A stretch of DNA of 64,000 nt from an uncultured virus (IMG/VR IMGVR_UViG_3300025598_000032). Its lineage: Duplodnaviria > Heunggongvirae > Uroviricota > Caudoviricetes. A program made the position numbers and the translations under genes. The stretch is from IMG/VR virus record IMGVR_UViG_3300025598_000032; one strand, 5' to 3'. The notes under the pieces are model-generated. The model was not told where the DNA came from. It ran no database searches and saw only the letters and a program-made list of their open reading frames with translations. Of the stretch, positions 9,583 to 21,000 are shown in pieces. The stretch's first letter is position 1, and each line of letters begins with the position of its first letter.

Positions 9583-10031
9583 TGTTTAATTCATTTATGA
9601 GTTCTATTATGAACATGTCAGCAGAAGTTTGGGTTCAGCAAAATGCTCAAAACCCAGACACTGGTGCTATTACAAGAGAATGGGTTTATAGTAAAACTAT
9701 TCCTTGTAAAGTAGAACCAATTAAATCTGGCGGAGCTTCAACCAGAGGAGATAGCAAACAATTTGACAAAGGCTCTTACGGCGGGTATGCAGAAAAACTT
9801 CAACTTCGTGTAAAATCTTTAGAGTTACTTAGTAAGCGTTGGAGATTAAATGATATTCGCTCAAGCGATGGTCAACAAGTTTTTATTGAGCTTGACAGAT
9901 ACGGTGAGCCAGACTCTATTTTTGAAATATTTTCTTCACATCCAGTATTAGATCCGTTTGGCAAAGTTTCTTATTTTGAAGCAGTTCTACAAAGGGTTCC
10001 AGTACAAAGCAATGATAACACTGAACATTAA
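9582..10031 (+). CDS. Putative head-closure (stopper) protein
   Basis: Size and position in neck module; coupled start/stop. Confidence 0.55.
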   Translation: MFNSFMSSIMNMSAEVWVQQNAQNPDTGAITREWVYSKTIPCKVEPIKSGGASTRGDSKQFDKGSYGGYAEKLQLRVKSLELLSKRWRLNDIRSSDGQQVFIELDRYGEPDSIFEIFSSHPVLDPFGKVSYFEAVLQRVPVQSNDNTEH

Positions 10032-10734
10032 TGCTAATAATTTAATTAGCCGTGTAGAAGAAGTTGTTAATAGTGCCAAAGAACTTTCACGACCTACAGT
10101 CTTGCAAGAAATAGCAAAAGCTGTGTTTACAATAACAGGTGAAAGATTTGCACTTGCAGTAGATAGGTTTGCTGTACAAAACCCAAAAAGAATGCATCAC
10201 GTTTATGAATGGGGCGGATTAGGTAATCCAAACGCTAGACTTTTTGTTATTGAAAGAGCAAGTATTTTAAATGGCGTTTTAGATATAAACACAAATTTTA
10301 ATTTATCTAGGGTTCCTGTACCAGTAAACCCAGAGCTTCAAATTCCTGGACCCACAGGAAAATCTGTTACATCACAAAGTGTATTTAGATATAAAGCTCA
10401 AGTTATGGAAGAAGGAAGACCAGTAACTATTCAATCTAGTAAAATTTTAACATTTTTGGGATCAGAGGGACAAGTATTTATAAAGCCAGGAACTGTTATT
10501 ACAATTAACAATCCAGGCGGTATGCAAACAAAAAACTCTTTTTACAACTTTATGGTTGAGTGGTATACAACAAATGCCGATTCAATTATGAATTCGTCAG
10601 GGTTATATGAGAAAATAGTTAATGATGTATCTTTAGCTTTGACTGCAAATAACAGGATAGGTGTTACGGGTGTTAGAAGCGTAGTTAAAGCAGTTTCAGA
10701 AGAATATTCTAAGGGAGTAACAGCAATCAAATGA
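10012..10734 (+). CDS. Putative neck/tail-completion protein
   Basis: In-frame ATG at 10012 within ORF 9958..10734; position. Confidence 0.5.
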   Translation: MITLNINANNLISRVEEVVNSAKELSRPTVLQEIAKAVFTITGERFALAVDRFAVQNPKRMHHVYEWGGLGNPNARLFVIERASILNGVLDINTNFNLSRVPVPVNPELQIPGPTGKSVTSQSVFRYKAQVMEEGRPVTIQSSKILTFLGSEGQVFIKPGTVITINNPGGMQTKNSFYNFMVEWYTTNADSIMNSSGLYEKIVNDVSLALTANNRIGVTGVRSVVKAVSEEYSKGVTAIK

Positions 10735-11246
10735 CAGCAGATTACACAAGAGTTGCGTCCTATGACGTAAGAAAAGCAATATTGCAAGAGTTAGTTAATG
10801 CTAAATTAATTAATTTAAATTCATATATTGCAGATGGATTTACTACGCCTTTAATCCCAATTATTCCTGCTCAACAGGTTCCAGAATTTAACAATTTGCT
10901 GCCAGCTAAAACATACATTATTTATGATGTTATTCAAAAAAGTCGGGGAGTTCAATGGTGGATCTCTGAAGAATCTATGACCCTAGAGATAACATCTACC
11001 TCATCAGAAGAAGTCCAAACAATTATTAACTTTTTAATTGATTTAGTTCGTAGATATGATCTTTCTGCAAAAGATATTAATTTAGAGGTAAACCCAACAA
11101 GTCCATTTACCTTTCTATGGTTTCATCTTGAATCAGCTGACCCAATCCAACCATTTCAAACAGAAGGTGGATTTATGACTGGAATGCTAACATTTCATTA
11201 CGCTTATACTCGTCAAACCGATCCTCTTACTGGCAGATATATCTAA
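10731..11246 (+). CDS. Putative tail terminator
   Basis: 171 aa, directly before tail tube; YIIYDV motif. Confidence 0.55.
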   Translation: MTADYTRVASYDVRKAILQELVNAKLINLNSYIADGFTTPLIPIIPAQQVPEFNNLLPAKTYIIYDVIQKSRGVQWWISEESMTLEITSTSSEEVQTIINFLIDLVRRYDLSAKDINLEVNPTSPFTFLWFHLESADPIQPFQTEGGFMTGMLTFHYAYTRQTDPLTGRYI

Positions 11247-11343
11247 AGTTTGTTTTATATCTAATTAATGCTATGATTAATCCCGAGGAAGTAAATTGTC
11301 ATCTTTGTTAATTTTAAAATAAATAAGGTGGTGAAATAAATAA

Positions 11344-12093
11344 ATGGCTACAAGTACTAGAAACGTTATCGTCGGTGCAGCAAACCTATACATCTCTAAC
11401 AAGAATGGTGCAAACCGACCACTAACAACACCAAGTTACATTTCAAGCAATATTGTTGCAGCAGGCTCTTCAGCTAATGCTCAACTTAATGCAGGATCAG
11501 ATTTTCGTCAAGTAGGTTTTACATCTGCTGGACTTGAAGTTTCATACGAACCAGTATACGGTGAAATTTTGGTTGACCAGCTTCTTGATGCAGCTCGTCT
11601 ATTCAAGCAAACTCTCAAGGTTATGCTTAAGACAGAACTTGCAGAAGGAACTCTTGAAAATCTTAACGTCTCATGGGGACAATCAGATTATGTTACAACT
11701 TCAGCAGGTTCAACAGTTTATACTTTGAACAATACAGGTTCATCTACAGCAACCCTTAACTTAGTTGCAGGTGCAGTAGGAGATACTCCTGTTGAGCGTA
11801 CAGTTGTTTTCGTAGGTTCTGCCTCACGTCAAATCGGATCACAATACGATCCATCACAGTCTGCAGGTGCAGGTGGATCAACAGGTCTTCCACATACCTC
11901 AGATCTTAAGCAAAAAGAGCGTGTTTACATTGCTCGTCGTGTTGTTCAAATTGATACAACAATGCATGCTTTAAAGCGTGATGCTGCTACTGTATTCCCA
12001 ATCAACTTCCGTTGTCTCCCAGATGATGCTGACGCATCATACGCAGGTGCAGAATACGGCGTTGTAATTGACCGAGTATACGGCACAATCTAA
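11344..12093 (+). CDS. Major tail (tube) protein
   Basis: NVIVGAANLYI, VGFTSAGLEVSYEP, KTELAEGTLENL; same RBS motif as capsid; precedes chaperones and tape measure. Confidence 0.85.
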   Translation: MATSTRNVIVGAANLYISNKNGANRPLTTPSYISSNIVAAGSSANAQLNAGSDFRQVGFTSAGLEVSYEPVYGEILVDQLLDAARLFKQTLKVMLKTELAEGTLENLNVSWGQSDYVTTSAGSTVYTLNNTGSSTATLNLVAGAVGDTPVERTVVFVGSASRQIGSQYDPSQSAGAGGSTGLPHTSDLKQKERVYIARRVVQIDTTMHALKRDAATVFPINFRCLPDDADASYAGAEYGVVIDRVYGTI

Positions 12094-12124
12094 ATATAAC
12101 TTAATATACAACTTAATATAAAAT

Positions 12125-12157
12125 TTCAAGCCCCGTCAGAAATGGCGGGGTCTTGAA
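12125..12157 (+). terminator. Hairpin/terminator after tail tube gene
   Basis: TTCAAG-CCCCGTCA-gaaa-TGGCGGGG-t-CTTGAA followed by a T-rich tract. Confidence 0.7.
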
Positions 12158-12213
12158 TTTGTTTATACTGATTTTATTGGTATAATTTAACTAACAAACA
12201 GAGGAGCTATTAA

Positions 12214-12546
12214 TTGGCAACAACAGTATATGATGTAGTAGAAATTGAATTAGCTGATGGTACAACGATTACCCTCAAGCCATTACCTATTAAACAATTA
12301 AGAAAATTTATGACTATTATACAAGGCATGGACGCAGATAACGCTTCAGAACAAGAAGCAATGGATTTCTTTATTAAAGGAGCCATGGTTTGCTTGGAAA
12401 CAACACGACCAGAACTTGCTTCAGATAAAGATAAATTTGAAGAGTTAATTGAAGTTCCTACTATGATGAAAATTCTTGAAGTTGCAGGCGGTCTAAAGCT
12501 CACAGACCCAAACCTTCTGGGAGCAGCTCTAGTTGGGACGAACTAG
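12214..12546 (+). CDS. Tail assembly chaperone (gpG-like)
   Basis: Between tail tube and tape measure; GAGGAG RBS before TTG start; slippery site near its end. Confidence 0.8.
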   Translation: MATTVYDVVEIELADGTTITLKPLPIKQLRKFMTIIQGMDADNASEQEAMDFFIKGAMVCLETTRPELASDKDKFEELIEVPTMMKILEVAGGLKLTDPNLLGAALVGTN

Positions 12547-12827
12547 ATCTTCGCTCCTTAGAGTCCGAAGTTTTCTTGCTTGGTCATTGGAAAAACTTTG
12601 ACGAGCTAGAAAGTAATTTGTCTCTTGAAGAACTTACAGCTTTGCTAGAAGTTCAAAGGAAACAGGTTAACGAACACAGAAAATTCCTTGCAGCAATTCA
12701 AGGAATTGACCTTGATGCAGAAGATGAAGAAGCACCAGATATTACAATGAACTCTGGTTATCATGCAACAGAGGAAGGGTTCGGAGCAGGAGAAGGTTTA
12801 GCATTTATGCAATTTGGGGGTGAGTAA
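12507..12827 (+). CDS. Tail assembly chaperone -1 frameshift extension (gpGT-like)
   Basis: C CCA AAC heptamer at 12507-12513; the -1 frame is open from there through ORF 12576..12827. Confidence 0.8.
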   Translation, partial: PKPSGSSSSWDELDLRSLESEVFLLGHWKNFDELESNLSLEELTALLEVQRKQVNEHRKFLAAIQGIDLDAEDEEAPDITMNSGYHATEEGFGAGEGLAFMQFGGE

Positions 12828-15800
12828 TGTCTGCTAATATTGAATTAAATATAGTTGGACTTGGCGATTTTAGCGATATTAACGCTAAACTTACTGCACT
12901 TAAAACACAAGTTGCTGCATTACAAAAATCACTTGCAGGTACTTCTCTTACATCAGATCTTAGCAATCAATTAAATAATTTAAATACTAATTTTAAAAAT
13001 GCCATGGTTGCCTCTGGGCAATTTACAGAGCAAACTGTTAAATTAAAAACAGAAACAGATAATTTTGGTAATGCTTTAACAACAGGAAAATTAAAGCTTA
13101 CTGATTATTTTAATATTATTAAAAACCAATCTAGCCAAGCAGTAACATCAATGAAGGCTTTGGCCGTAGAACAAACAAAATTACAAAATTCAATAATCAT
13201 GCAACAGCCTGGCAAACAAGGCGTTTTTTCAGTTTATACGCCCACACAAATTAATGCAGTTGCTGATGCTACTAAAATAGCAGCTAATTATCAAAATTTA
13301 TATAACATTGCTGTTGATAAAGGAACTCAGTCTCTTATTAACTGGGGTAAAAATACGCAGTGGGCGGGTCGTCAATTAACTGTAGGTATGTCTGTACCAT
13401 TGACAATATTTGCATCTAATGCAGTTAAGGCTTTTGATGCTACAAATGGTGCATTAACTCAATTACAAAAAGTATACGGAGAAGGATTAACTCCTCCAAG
13501 CCAAAATTCAATTGATCAAATTTCTAACCAAGTTTTGGATCTTGGAAGAAAAATGGCTGCTACAACAGGTATTGCTCAAGAATTTACAATAGGCGTTGCC
13601 TCATCATTTGCTGCTATGGGCAAAATGGGTTCTGATCTTACTACAGCCACAGAACAAACAGTAAGACTTGCAAAACTTGGAAACCTAACACAAGATGTAG
13701 CAACACGTGGTGTTATTGGTCTTTCAAATGTTTATAAATTAAATCAAACTCAACTTGCTGATGCTGTTAACTATTTTGCATCTATTCAGAAGCAAACATC
13801 TCTTTCTATGACTGACTTAATTGAATCAGAAAGTAAAGTTGGTCCAATTATTGATCAGCTTGGAGGAAGCTATAAAGATACTGCTGTTATGATTCTTGCC
13901 ATGAAAGAAGCAGGTGTTCCTGCAGCACAAGCTGCTAACGCACTTAAATCTGCATTCGCATCTATTATTGCTCCAACTTCTGCAGCAACAAAGGAGTTTG
14001 CAAAATTTGGTATTAATGTAAGTGCTTTAAAAAATGCAGGCGGTCCAGTTCAAATGATTGAAGCTTTACAAGCATCATTAAAAAATCTTTCTCCACTTGT
14101 TAGAGAACAACTAATTGAAAAATTATTTGGTAAATATCAATTCTCAAGAATTTCAGCATTGCTTGAAAACTTTAATAGAACAGGCTCTCAAACTGCCAAT
14201 GCTATTAAAGTCGCTGGTGCAACATCTTCTGCACTTCAAGATCTTGCAAACCAAGAAATGAAGCAAGCGACATCATCACCAACAGCCCAGTGGCAAATTG
14301 CACTTAATACTTTTAAGGCAGATTTATACCCAGTTGGTCAACAAATTGTTAAAATTGGAACAGTATTGCTTAATTTTGCAAATAAAATTTCTAAAGTATT
14401 TGAAGGACTTCCAGGTCCACTAAAGATGTTGTTTGGCATTTTAGCAGCAGGTGTTGCACTCTCTGGTCCAGTTATCATGCTTACTGGTTTAATGGCTAAC
14501 TTTGCTGGTTATGTTTTAAAAGGTGGTTTTGCACTTAAAAATTTAATTACAGGAACAAAAAGCCTTAAAGAATATTTAACTCCAGAATTAATTGCATCTA
14601 AGAATGCAGCACAATTATTCCAAGATAAAATGTTGGGCGATGCAGATGCAGCAACAGTATTAGATAGAGCAGTTCAAGATTTAACTAAGAGTCTTACAGA
14701 AATGGTAGCAGCGATGAACGCTGGTGCACCTGGTGGGATTCCTTCTGTTGCTGGAATAGCAAATGGTTTGGGAATGAAAGAACAAGGATTAGAAAGATCT
14801 CACTTAGTAACCGCATTTGAACCAGGTTCTGCTGGGGCACAAGCAGCCATGGCAATGTTTGGCCCAGAAGTTCAAGCTAGATTTGCACCTTATATTAGTG
14901 GAGTTTCTAATTTAATTGCAGAGCTGCCTTCTGGCATAAACCAAGCACTTAAAGAAGGTGGAGTTGAAATTGATAAATTTATTGCACAATGGAACTCCCG
15001 CACAAACAAAACATTATTTTCAGTTGGTCAAGGCGGAGCAAATATAACAGATCCAGTAATTGTTGCAGCAACAAATAATTTAGAAAAACAAATTGGTGCT
15101 AGAGCAGTTGAGATTGCAACAGCTACAGAAGAACAAAAAGTTACTGACGGAATTCTTAGCCAAGCAACAACGGAAGTTATTGCTGCAAATAAAGAGTTAG
15201 CAACAGCAGAAGGTCAAGTTGCTAGAGCTATGGCCGTAGCTGCAACTCAAATTGGTCAAGCAAGATTACAAATTCCAACATCAGTAATTAATGAAGGTCT
15301 TGCAAGCGGTGAACTTACAATGGGTAATGGTTCACAAGTTATGTACGCAGGCGAAGATGTTGCAAGAAAAAGTGGTAATAAGGTTAGAACAGTAAATAGA
15401 AACCCTACATTAAAAGAAAATGGTTATTCTCCATATGCAAGAAGTGCTTCTTATAGTGCATCAGTAGATGAAGCTACTGCAGCAGCAGGTCAAGCAATTG
15501 CGGTAAATGTTGCAAAAAATGCAGAAACTTCAATAGCCAAGGGTGCAGAAGAGACACTTGGATCAATGCCTATTGTAGAAGAAAAAGCAGCAACTGGAAT
15601 TAAAGGCTTTTTGGGCAGAACATTATCTAAGGTTACAAGTGGTGGACCAGCTAGTGGCATAGGTTTATTTGGTGCTCAAATGGCTGCAAATGCTGTGTTA
15701 CCATCAACTGGAGTAGGCGGAGCAGTAAAAAGCGGTATTGATGCAGCCACAACTGGAGCAATGATCGCTTCATTCATACCTGGCATGAGCTTAGGGGCGG

Positions 15801-17533
15801 GAGCTGGACTTGGATTAGCTGTAACAGGATTAGTTGATATATTTAAAAAAGCATCAGAAAGTGCAAGAATTAGTACAAATGCATTAACACAAAGTTTCCA
15901 AACAACAGCAGTCGCTAATCAAGCTTTTGGAATTAGCTTTAAGCCATTGTCAAGTTATGATTTTTCAAAAACCACAGACGGATTAGATAAGCATATTAAA
16001 TCTGTTTCAGATAACAAAGCAGCAGTAGATGCTTTAACCCAAGCATATTTAAATGCTTCAGATCAAATGACAAAAGATTATATTAAAAACTTAGGAAGCC
16101 AAGATGCAAATGGCGTTAAATTTGAAATGCAAAAAAGATATAGTTCTGATATTGCTGCAGGATATACTCAATCTCAAGCTTTACAAAATGCCAATTCCTT
16201 AATGTTAGCTGCAGGAACATCCCCAATTGTTATTGCTCAAACAAATGCAGCATTAAAAAATATAGGTGCAGATGCGGGAACTGCGTTTATTAGCCAAATA
16301 GGTTTAGCACAACAACAATATGCTAAAGGTATTGGAGTAAGATCAACATCTATTCCTTCAGGAGTTAGAGGCGGAGCTAGTGATGCTTTTGCAAAAGGTA
16401 TTGCTAATGCAGGATCAGGACAAAAAGCAGGAGATGCGGGATTCCAACAAACTCAAGCAGCGGTAGACGGACTTGTTTCTAGCTTAAATAATTTAGCTAA
16501 TAGTGGTGCAAAAAATGTTACAAACGTTATTACTCAAATGTCAGGTGCAAATAAAGATTTAGCTTTAAAAACAATTAATACTGATCAAGTTTACCAAGCT
16601 TTTGCAAACAACTTAAATAAACAAGCTCCAGGACTTTCTGTTTATACAGATAAGCTTAGAAAAGGAAATGGAACGACTTTAGATTTAATTAAAGCTGGGG
16701 CATTATTAACAAGCTCACTTGTTACTCAAGATCAAGTAGCAGCAGCTTTAGCAAAAGGAGATTCTGGAATTACTGATCTTTATAACAAATATAAAGATGC
16801 AATTGCAATTGCACAGTCTGCAGCTAATGGAGGATCTACACCACCTCCAGGAAGCAGTTCAAGTACACCAACATCATTTACACCGTCTTCCGCTCAAACG
16901 GCAATTAAAAAAGTTCTTGAAGCAAGAGTAAGAGATGAAAATATTGTTACTAAAGGTCTAAACGAACAACTTAAAATTTATAAACAACAAGCTACAGAAG
17001 CTCAAAGAATTCTTGATTATGAAAATAAACGTTTTAGTTTAATGCAAGATCAAAAAACTGCTTTAATGAGTGGTAATTATTTGGGAGCTGCTGAAGCAGG
17101 TCAAGCAGCAACAGCATTAGGTATTGATTTTGCTACAACTACAAAAGAAAATCAAATGCAAAATACTATTGATAGCATTCAATTAAGGGCAGATCAATTC
17201 TCACAAGCTCTTGCTGATTTAAATGATGCTATTGCTAATCAAAGCCACAACATTGATTCTTCAGTATCTAAAACTGCTAATCTTGCTAGACTTGCAAGTA
17301 ATGCATCAGGAACTGGTACAATTACTGTACAGAATAGTATTGCTATTAGCGGTTTAGATAACCCTGTATCAATTGCAGCAGCAGTTGCAAAGGGCGCACA
17401 GTCTGGAACATTAGATGCGATTGCAAAAGCTAAAACTCAAACAAATGGCATGGGCGTAAGTACTAAAAAACCACAAGCACCAACGGTACCACACGGAGCA
17501 AGCCAAAAAATTACTGGGGGGCTTGTTAAATGA
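12827..17533 (+). CDS. Tape measure protein
   Basis: 1568 aa, Ala/Gly-rich helical; TP901-type core (NWGKNTQWAGRQLTVG, ANALKSAF). Confidence 0.92.
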   Translation: MSANIELNIVGLGDFSDINAKLTALKTQVAALQKSLAGTSLTSDLSNQLNNLNTNFKNAMVASGQFTEQTVKLKTETDNFGNALTTGKLKLTDYFNIIKNQSSQAVTSMKALAVEQTKLQNSIIMQQPGKQGVFSVYTPTQINAVADATKIAANYQNLYNIAVDKGTQSLINWGKNTQWAGRQLTVGMSVPLTIFASNAVKAFDATNGALTQLQKVYGEGLTPPSQNSIDQISNQVLDLGRKMAATTGIAQEFTIGVASSFAAMGKMGSDLTTATEQTVRLAKLGNLTQDVATRGVIGLSNVYKLNQTQLADAVNYFASIQKQTSLSMTDLIESESKVGPIIDQLGGSYKDTAVMILAMKEAGVPAAQAANALKSAFASIIAPTSAATKEFAKFGINVSALKNAGGPVQMIEALQASLKNLSPLVREQLIEKLFGKYQFSRISALLENFNRTGSQTANAIKVAGATSSALQDLANQEMKQATSSPTAQWQIALNTFKADLYPVGQQIVKIGTVLLNFANKISKVFEGLPGPLKMLFGILAAGVALSGPVIMLTGLMANFAGYVLKGGFALKNLITGTKSLKEYLTPELIASKNAAQLFQDKMLGDADAATVLDRAVQDLTKSLTEMVAAMNAGAPGGIPSVAGIANGLGMKEQGLERSHLVTAFEPGSAGAQAAMAMFGPEVQARFAPYISGVSNLIAELPSGINQALKEGGVEIDKFIAQWNSRTNKTLFSVGQGGANITDPVIVAATNNLEKQIGARAVEIATATEEQKVTDGILSQATTEVIAANKELATAEGQVARAMAVAATQIGQARLQIPTSVINEGLASGELTMGNGSQVMYAGEDVARKSGNKVRTVNRNPTLKENGYSPYARSASYSASVDEATAAAGQAIAVNVAKNAETSIAKGAEETLGSMPIVEEKAATGIKGFLGRTLSKVTSGGPASGIGLFGAQMAANAVLPSTGVGGAVKSGIDAATTGAMIASFIPGMSLGAGAGLGLAVTGLVDIFKKASESARISTNALTQSFQTTAVANQAFGISFKPLSSYDFSKTTDGLDKHIKSVSDNKAAVDALTQAYLNASDQMTKDYIKNLGSQDANGVKFEMQKRYSSDIAAGYTQSQALQNANSLMLAAGTSPIVIAQTNAALKNIGADAGTAFISQIGLAQQQYAKGIGVRSTSIPSGVRGGASDAFAKGIANAGSGQKAGDAGFQQTQAAVDGLVSSLNNLANSGAKNVTNVITQMSGANKDLALKTINTDQVYQAFANNLNKQAPGLSVYTDKLRKGNGTTLDLIKAGALLTSSLVTQDQVAAALAKGDSGITDLYNKYKDAIAIAQSAANGGSTPPPGSSSSTPTSFTPSSAQTAIKKVLEARVRDENIVTKGLNEQLKIYKQQATEAQRILDYENKRFSLMQDQKTALMSGNYLGAAEAGQAATALGIDFATTTKENQMQNTIDSIQLRADQFSQALADLNDAIANQSHNIDSSVSKTANLARLASNASGTGTITVQNSIAISGLDNPVSIAAAVAKGAQSGTLDAIAKAKTQTNGMGVSTKKPQAPTVPHGASQKITGGLVK

Positions 17534-18048
17534 CATATTCGATTCCACAAGGAGTTCAAATATCACTAGGTTTTGACTCAAATGGCGTTGCTACAACAAT
17601 ACCTGAAAATATGGTTTGGTACAAGCTTTCAGATCATAATCGCCAACCAATTAATGTTACATATACTTTGGTTGAATCTACAGATAGAATGGCTAATGGA
17701 ACATTAAGAAAATTTATTGTAGCCCGTAAATTTGTTATTAAAATTGAATGGAAAGACTTTCCAACACAAGATTCAAATCTTGTAGACTACAGTAGCGGAT
17801 CCTATGGTGCTGCGTGGTTAAAAGCTTTTTATGAAGGTAATTCATTTAATCCAATTTATGTTAAATTAATGTATGCTCTTGATACACCGCAAACAAATTC
17901 AATTCCGCTTGCAAATAGTTATGTTGATTCTAAAGGTACAACAGGTCAAGTTTATAATGCATTTATGACAACATTTACATATGATGTCACAAAAAGAAGG
18001 TCAGGGTTTGACTACGTAAATCTAACAGCGGAATTTACGGAGATCTAA
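17530..18048 (+). CDS. Putative distal tail/minor tail protein
   Basis: Directly after tape measure; DRMANGTLRKF. Confidence 0.6.
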   Translation: MTYSIPQGVQISLGFDSNGVATTIPENMVWYKLSDHNRQPINVTYTLVESTDRMANGTLRKFIVARKFVIKIEWKDFPTQDSNLVDYSSGSYGAAWLKAFYEGNSFNPIYVKLMYALDTPQTNSIPLANSYVDSKGTTGQVYNAFMTTFTYDVTKRRSGFDYVNLTAEFTEI

Positions 18049-21000
18049 TGCTATCTAATGTCAACTCAAATATTTTTTTAAACTCAAATTCTATTGAACT
18101 TCAGCCAGTAATTTCTGCTGAATGGAATCATAATTTATTTAATGCTCCATACATTACTGTAGCGGGTAGCGGTACTCCTGTTAATCCAACACTTCAATCA
18201 GGATCAATTACAACAGGAGGGATTGACAGCCAGCTTCCTGGGTTTAGTGTAAATAGTTTTACACTAGCTGCAGGAAATAGAACAGCTTCGGGCAATGTAG
18301 TATATACAGCTTCAGGTTTAAGCTCTCCAGCTTATAAAGTTGTTATTTATTTTAAAACTAATAATAATTTACCAATATCAATTAATGGGTATGGAAAAGG
18401 TCAGTCAAATACACAGTACGGTTCATCATATATAGAAACAAATTCATACGGATGGACAAAGCTTGAAACATATATTGGTGGCTATAATTCATCAGATACT
18501 ATTACAACGCTTAACTATACAATTTCTGCTAACTCTTTAAACTCGGATTCTACAGCAACAACCGTTTACTTTACTCCTCCGCAATTTTTTGCAACAACAT
18601 TTTTTGACTATCAGTATCACTCGCTATGGCCAACAGATAGTGCATTTACTTATTTTAGACCAGGCGAATCTTATGTAACAACTGGTAATTCAAATGCTCC
18701 AGTGCCTTCTACTTTTAGAAAAATTAATCGTTCATCTAATATTTTGAATGGATATGCAGGATCAGCATATTCACCTGTAAGTGCAATATCTCAATCACCA
18801 TCATTTACAATGGCAAAACAGCCAGTTCCTTTGTACAAAAATTCATTGCCAAACGAAATGGCAACATATAAATATTTTGTTTCTGATACATCAAGCCAAC
18901 AAATAGCTGCATTGTATTCGCAAAATATTAATGTAAATAAAATTGTAATTAAATTTAATACATTGATGAGTTACCCTCAATTTTCTTTATATATTAATGG
19001 CTCTGCAGTCATAGTAGACGGATCAACAACAATTACTCCTGTAGCAAATGCAGACGGGTATATAAATGGCGTAGTCACCCTGTACTGGAATGGGTCTGCT
19101 TGGACCAAAACTCGTTGGACTACTATGCCAAAGTTTAATTCATCAGGTGCCTTAACAACATACACTACAGTTAACTGGATCTCTGTTCAACAACTTTCGT
19201 CAACTGCAACAACAGATTTTTCAGGATATAGTAATTCAAACTTTACTTCTGATTTATCAAGAATGCAATTAATTGAGGTTTCTCCAAGATTAGAGATTGA
19301 TTTAACAGATTTTGTAAAAGATGTTACAATTAATAAATCTTTAGATTCTAAAAACAATTTTGTGCCAATTTCTTCAATTAACGCAGATGACGCCACAATT
19401 AATCTTTCTGCTATTCCAATTGCTTTAAGTAATGGTTTTGTACCTATTTTTTCAAGTCAAAGTAATTTGTCTACAAATGTATTATCTAACATGCTTAGAA
19501 AAAATATTAAGTTTTATACTGGTTGGACATTAAAATCTTATTTTGATTCTACTGCAAACAACTTTGTTCAACCAAATGGATCAACAGGCACATATATCCC
19601 TGGGGGAGTATTTTATTCAGATTCTTGGGATGAAACAGATATTAAAGATGTTAAAATCACCGCTTATGATATTACCAGATATCTTCAAACAACCCCCGTA
19701 TCCGACTACGCTGCCAATTTAAAGCCAGTATTTGATGTTATATCAAACATATTAGAGCTATCTGGATTTAGCGATTATGATGCTGACTCACTATATGATG
19801 TTTGTAGCGATTATACGACCCCACTTGATCTTTCCTATTTTTATGCAAACGGGCGGGATTCAACAATAGTAGATGTACTATCAGAGATATTCTTAGCATA
19901 TCAAATTGGTGCATATATTGATGAATATGGCATTATGAGATTTAAAAGCCTTTCACAAATTCTTAATACTAAAAGCTCAAATATTACTATATCTGATTCA
20001 TCAATTTTACAAGGTGGATATACAGTTCTAAATAAAGCAAAGCCTGGAAAACTTTCTTTAAGATATCAAGTTCCAAAAATTAAACAAACATTGGCCATGC
20101 AAAATGCAACTGATCCAAGTGCTAGAAATAGTCCTTCATATGTTTTAACAACATCAAATGACATTATGTGGTCACAAGAAACGGCAGACTCTGTAGGATT
20201 TAATTATTTATATTCTAATATGGCAGAAACAGATAATGCTTACACAATTAATACAAACGATCTTCTTGATTTATTCCATACATTTACTTTAAGCAATAAT
20301 GGCTATGCGGTAATTGAGGATGAACTTGTATCATTTGTATATAAAGAATATAAATTATCTCAATATTCCAATCAATCAAACTCTACATATGTTTCTGTTA
20401 AAAATGATATAGAGTTAAATGCAGAAGTAAATCGTTTTATTAAAAAATATTCTGTTGGACTTTTATCCTCAAATTATTCTCAAATTACAGGTGCTTCTGG
20501 GAACGGTTCAACTATTACATTTACTGCAAATAATTCTTTTCAAACAGGACAAAAAGTTTCTGTTGTAGGTGTTATTCCCGCAGGATACAATGGCACGGGT
20601 AAAATTTTATCTGCAACATCTTCAACATTTACAGTAAGCGGTGTAACCACCAGTTCTTATGTTTCTGGGGGGCAAGCCACAGTATCCTCAGACTACGATA
20701 TATTGGTTCAACCAACGGGTAGAGTAACAAATGTACAAAGAGGTTTATTTGGTACAGTTCCTAAAGCACATTCTCTTGCATCATCAGCAAGTTCAAAAGG
20801 TTTACTAGAAGCATCAATTAATTCAAGTAACGTCATGTCTACTGGAACAACAAGAACTTCAGTTGTTACAGCAACAGCACCTCTTCCCACTATAACTAAA
20901 CTTGCAGTATCTGCTCCATCAGCTACAAAATGTTTGGTATACCCATCTCAACAAGATGTTGGTTACCACACATATTCCGTTAAGTTTGATTTAACAAACC

